Of a stretch of 64,000 nt of DNA, positions 63,431 to 64,000 are shown piece by piece. The stretch's first letter is position 1, and each line of letters opens with the position of its first letter. The DNA is from Bacteroidota bacterium (lineage in GTDB: Bacteria; Bacteroidota; Bacteroidia; Bacteroidales; GWA2-32-17): contig JBBIRU010000026.1 of the NCBI GenBank assembly GCA_037441645.1, positions 13,435-77,434 on the forward strand. The letters are read 5' to 3'. A program made the translations under genes and the position numbers. The notes beneath the pieces are model-generated. The model ran no database searches. It saw only the letters and a list, made by a program, of their open reading frames with translations, and was not told the origin of the DNA.

Positions 63431-63499
63431 TAACGTGAGTTCAACATAAAATTAATCCATTAATTATCACGAAAATAAAATTATTTCGAACTCACGTTA
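63431..63499. mobile_element. 69-bp miniature inverted-repeat element (IS-end remnant)
   Basis: TAACGTGAGTTCAACATAA ... TTATTTCGAACTCACGTTA, 17/19 inverted match; abuts the end of repeat A. Confidence 0.7.
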
Positions 63500-63551
63500 T
63501 ATTAACAAGCGATTAAATTGCCGTTAAGCCACTATTCGTATTGAAAATTAA

Positions 63552-63588
63552 AATTCCCAGATACCTCTTATTAGCGTATCTGGGAATT
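63552..63588 (-). terminator. Terminator hairpin downstream of tRNA-His
   Basis: aattcccagatac-N11-gtatctgggaatt. Confidence 0.8.
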
Positions 63589-63593
63589 AATCG

Positions 63594-63668
63594 GGTGGAA
63601 GATGGGGCTCGAACCCACGACCCTCAGAACCACAATCTGATGCTCTAACCGACTGAGCTACATCCACC
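63594..63668 (-). tRNA. tRNA-His (GTG), G-1 encoded, CCA not encoded
   Basis: Reverse complement GGTGGATGTAGCTCAGTCGGTTAGAGCATCAGATTGTGGTTCTGAGGGTCGTGGGTTCGAGCCCCATCTTCCACC folds as a cloverleaf with anticodon GTG. Confidence 0.97.
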
Positions 63669-63680
63669 ATTTTGAGAGTG

Positions 63681-63688
63681 CAAAAATA
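63681..63688 (-). promoter_or_regulatory. Bacteroidota -7 promoter element of tRNA-His
   Basis: TATTTTTG (TAnnTTTG) ending 12 nt before the tRNA. Confidence 0.7.
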
Positions 63689-63739
63689 AAGAAATTTCCT
63701 GAAAAAAATACAGAATCAGAAAAATCTGAAAGAAAATTG

Positions 63740-64000
63740 TCAGTTCAGCTTTACAGGATTTAGTACTTTCTGCTTTAAAAGAGCATATTCAAACACATCC
63801 ATTACATTACTGACATAATGGAACTTTAATCCCTTTACATAGATTCCGGGAATCTGTTCAACATCTTTCCTGTTGTTTTGTGAGAGAATAATTTCTTCGA
63901 TACCGGCTCGTTTGGCTGCCAGTATTTTTTCTTTTATACCACCTACCGGCAATACTTTTCCACGTAAGGTTATTTCACCGGTAAGTGCAATATTTTTCCT
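63740..64000 (-). CDS. lon: Lon protease C-terminus, truncated by window edge
   Basis: [31 protein letters not shown]. Confidence 0.93.
   Translation of the reverse strand, partial: RKNIALTGEITLRGKVLPVGGIKEKILAAKRAGIEEIILSQNNRKDVEQIPGIYVKGLKFHYVSNVMDVFEYALLKQKVLNPVKLN

Overview
AT-rich bacterial window, almost certainly Bacteroidota (Bacteroidales-like). Support: T9SS C-terminal domains, signal peptides followed by Gln, TAnnTTTG -7 promoter elements and a Cys-poor L36. 1-6.9 kb is the end of the spc/alpha ribosomal operon (rplR to rplQ). 7-24 kb holds housekeeping and surface genes: a UbiD-family decarboxylase, a beta-propeller/PP2C sensor phosphatase, ettA, hisS, thioredoxins and T9SS cargo. 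24.4-33.6 kb (minus strand) is a 7-gene Hyf/Ehr-type membrane complex whose large subunit lacks the Ni ligands and whose small subunit has lost 3 of 4 proximal Fe-S cysteines. 33.8-63.4 kb is a ~29 kb signalling block next to tRNA-His, bounded by a ~300 bp direct repeat and containing a second copy of the tRNA-His promoter plus 5' end. It encodes a multi-PAS kinase/NarL-type regulator pair, a complete chemosensory (che) cluster, a SiaABC-like partner-switch without SiaD, two secreted WD40 proteins (one with a dead caspase domain) and an ABCG-type transporter operon. Best new signal: four operons of this block share the same promoter layout, two 16-bp TAG-N10-CTA palindromes ending exactly 23 nt before a -7 element, which suggests one regulon. 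All functional calls come from motifs read by eye; no database searches were run.
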